From the human T2T-CHM13v2.0 reference genome, Homo sapiens, in the NCBI RefSeq assembly GCF_009914755.1, contig NC_060936.1: a stretch of DNA of 64,000 nucleotides; one strand, given 5' to 3'. Below, piece by piece: positions 57,859 through 64,000 of this stretch. The translations under genes and the position numbers were made by a program. Each line of letters begins with the position of its first letter. Positions within the stretch are counted from its first letter, which is position 1. The notes beneath the pieces are model-generated. The model ran no database searches. It saw nothing but the letters and a program-made list of their open reading frames with translations, and had not been told where the DNA came from.

Positions 57859-58072
57859 GTGAGGATGGCAGGAGTGGGGAAATGATGAGGTTAATAACAA
57901 ATGTCACTTGGGGGTCACCAGAAAACAAAATCTATGCCTTTCCCACACAAGGTCAAAATACTTTACTATTATTCAAAAATACTTGATGGTAAGTCAAAAG
58001 TTCATTTTAGGCCAGGTGCGGTGGCTTACACCTGTAATCCCAGCACTTTAGGAGGCCAAGGCAGGCATATCA

Positions 58073-58372
<300 letters not shown>

Positions 58373-58589
58373 TTATAAAGATGGGGTCTTGCTGTGTTGC
58401 CCAGGCTGCTCTTGAACATCTGGGCTCAAGTGATCCTCCTGCCTCAGCCACCTAAGCAGTTGGGATTACAGGCATGAGCCACCACACTCGGCTAAGCTCC
58501 CTACTACTTCCTAGGGAAGTACTCTAGGCTTTGTTCCTTTAATCCAGACCCAACCAGAGTAAAAAATTCTGTATATTCTTATAGTTTAC

Positions 58590-58750
58590 TGAGTATTTCT
58601 CATCTTGTCTCATTTAATCTTTACAACATCCCTGTGAGATAAATATTCTCTATCTTACAGATGAGGAAAGTGAACTCTTCAGTAGAAATGATTTGCCCAG
58701 GGTCTTACAGGAGTGGGTGTTAGAGCAGAGCCCTGATCCTTCTGGCTTTG
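58590..58750 (-). mobile_element. MIR
   Basis: tctcatttaatctttacaacatccctgtgag...ttacagatgaggaaa...tgatttgcccagggtc. Confidence 0.75.
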
Positions 58751-59154
58751 AGAGCAGTAGGATGAGGTAGAAGTTTTGATCTTCCTTTTCAGATCTGTTG
58801 GGAGACCTGTATTCCAGAACAATTCTGCACCTGTGATATCAGAGCTTGTGAGCCTTGGTTCACTCTCTGAAGTGGAGATTGATTCAGATGAGTAATTTTC
58901 CCACAGTATTCCCTATACCTGCAGTTTTCCCAGGTGCCCTTCTTTGGGCTTTGGTATCTGCCCTCACTGTCGTAGGGTATCAGCCTCCCTTAGCCCACTT
59001 AAGAAATGGCTCTGCTTTTATTTATTTTAAGATTTTATTTGAAAGGAGATTCTTTTGACTTTTTTTTTTTTTTTTAGTTTCAAAATGACTGGACTAAGTG
59101 AGCCAAGCACCCCTTTTTGCTTTATATCTTGTCTGGTCCGTGAACACCCCCTTA

Positions 59155-59583
<429 letters not shown>

Positions 59584-59634
59584 CTAAAGGAGAGTTCCTA
59601 GGCTTGGGACCATCGAACTTATTTTGCAGGTTGA

Positions 59635-63283
<3,649 letters not shown>

Positions 63284-63305
63284 CTACTGTAATCCCAGCT
63301 ACTCA

Positions 63306-63410
<105 letters not shown>

Positions 63411-63684
63411 TCAAAAATAATAATAATAAATAAAATAAAATAAAATGTTCATACAAAATTATTATTATTATTATTATTATTATTATTGAGACAGGGTCTC
63501 ACTCGGTTGTGCAGGCTAGAGTGCATTGGTACGATCCTGGCTCACTACAGCCTTGACCTTCTGGGCTCAAGTGATCCTTACACCTCCGCTTCCTGAGTAT
63601 CTGGAACTACAGGCCCCCACCACCATGCCCAGCTAATTTTTTGGTGGGGGGATGGTGGGGGCAGCAAATTTTTTAATTTTTTAA

Positions 63685-63909
<225 letters not shown>

Positions 63910-64000
63910 TGAGCTCAGGCAATCCACCTGCCTCGGCCTCCCAGAGTGCTAGGATTACAGGCGTGAGCCACTGGACCCGGCCTAATTTTTTAATTTTTTT

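Overview
Primate (very probably human) genomic DNA, about half Alu by eye. It carries the 5' part of RBMS2 (RNA-binding motif single-stranded-interacting protein 2) on the + strand. There is a CpG-poor, polypyrimidine-rich promoter/5'UTR near 7.4-7.7 kb and five coding exons (7689-7754, 48420-48586, 54978-55036, 55902-55993, 57701-57858). All have GT-AG borders and splice in frame to encode the N-terminus, RRM1 and about half of RRM2; the gene continues past the window end. Intron 1 is about 40.7 kb of nested Alu, L1, L2 and MIR fossils; DNA-transposon fossils lie in later introns and upstream. Almost all ORFs in the supplied track are Alu/L1 artefacts. Points worth a second look: (1) a chain of well-bounded exon-like segments upstream of RBMS2 that can be spliced into one stop-free frame with a Walker-A-like motif; (2) a TSD-bounded L1 3' transduction at 40.0-40.8 kb; (3) a 109-bp, 96%-identical non-Alu inverted repeat with a junction hairpin at 42.6-43.3 kb; (4) in-frame cryptic splice sites in intron 4; (5) a palindromic AT-rich array inside a nested Alu; (6) repeatedly reused retrotransposon target sites. 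Repeat family names come from memory of consensus sequences, and repeat boundaries are approximate.
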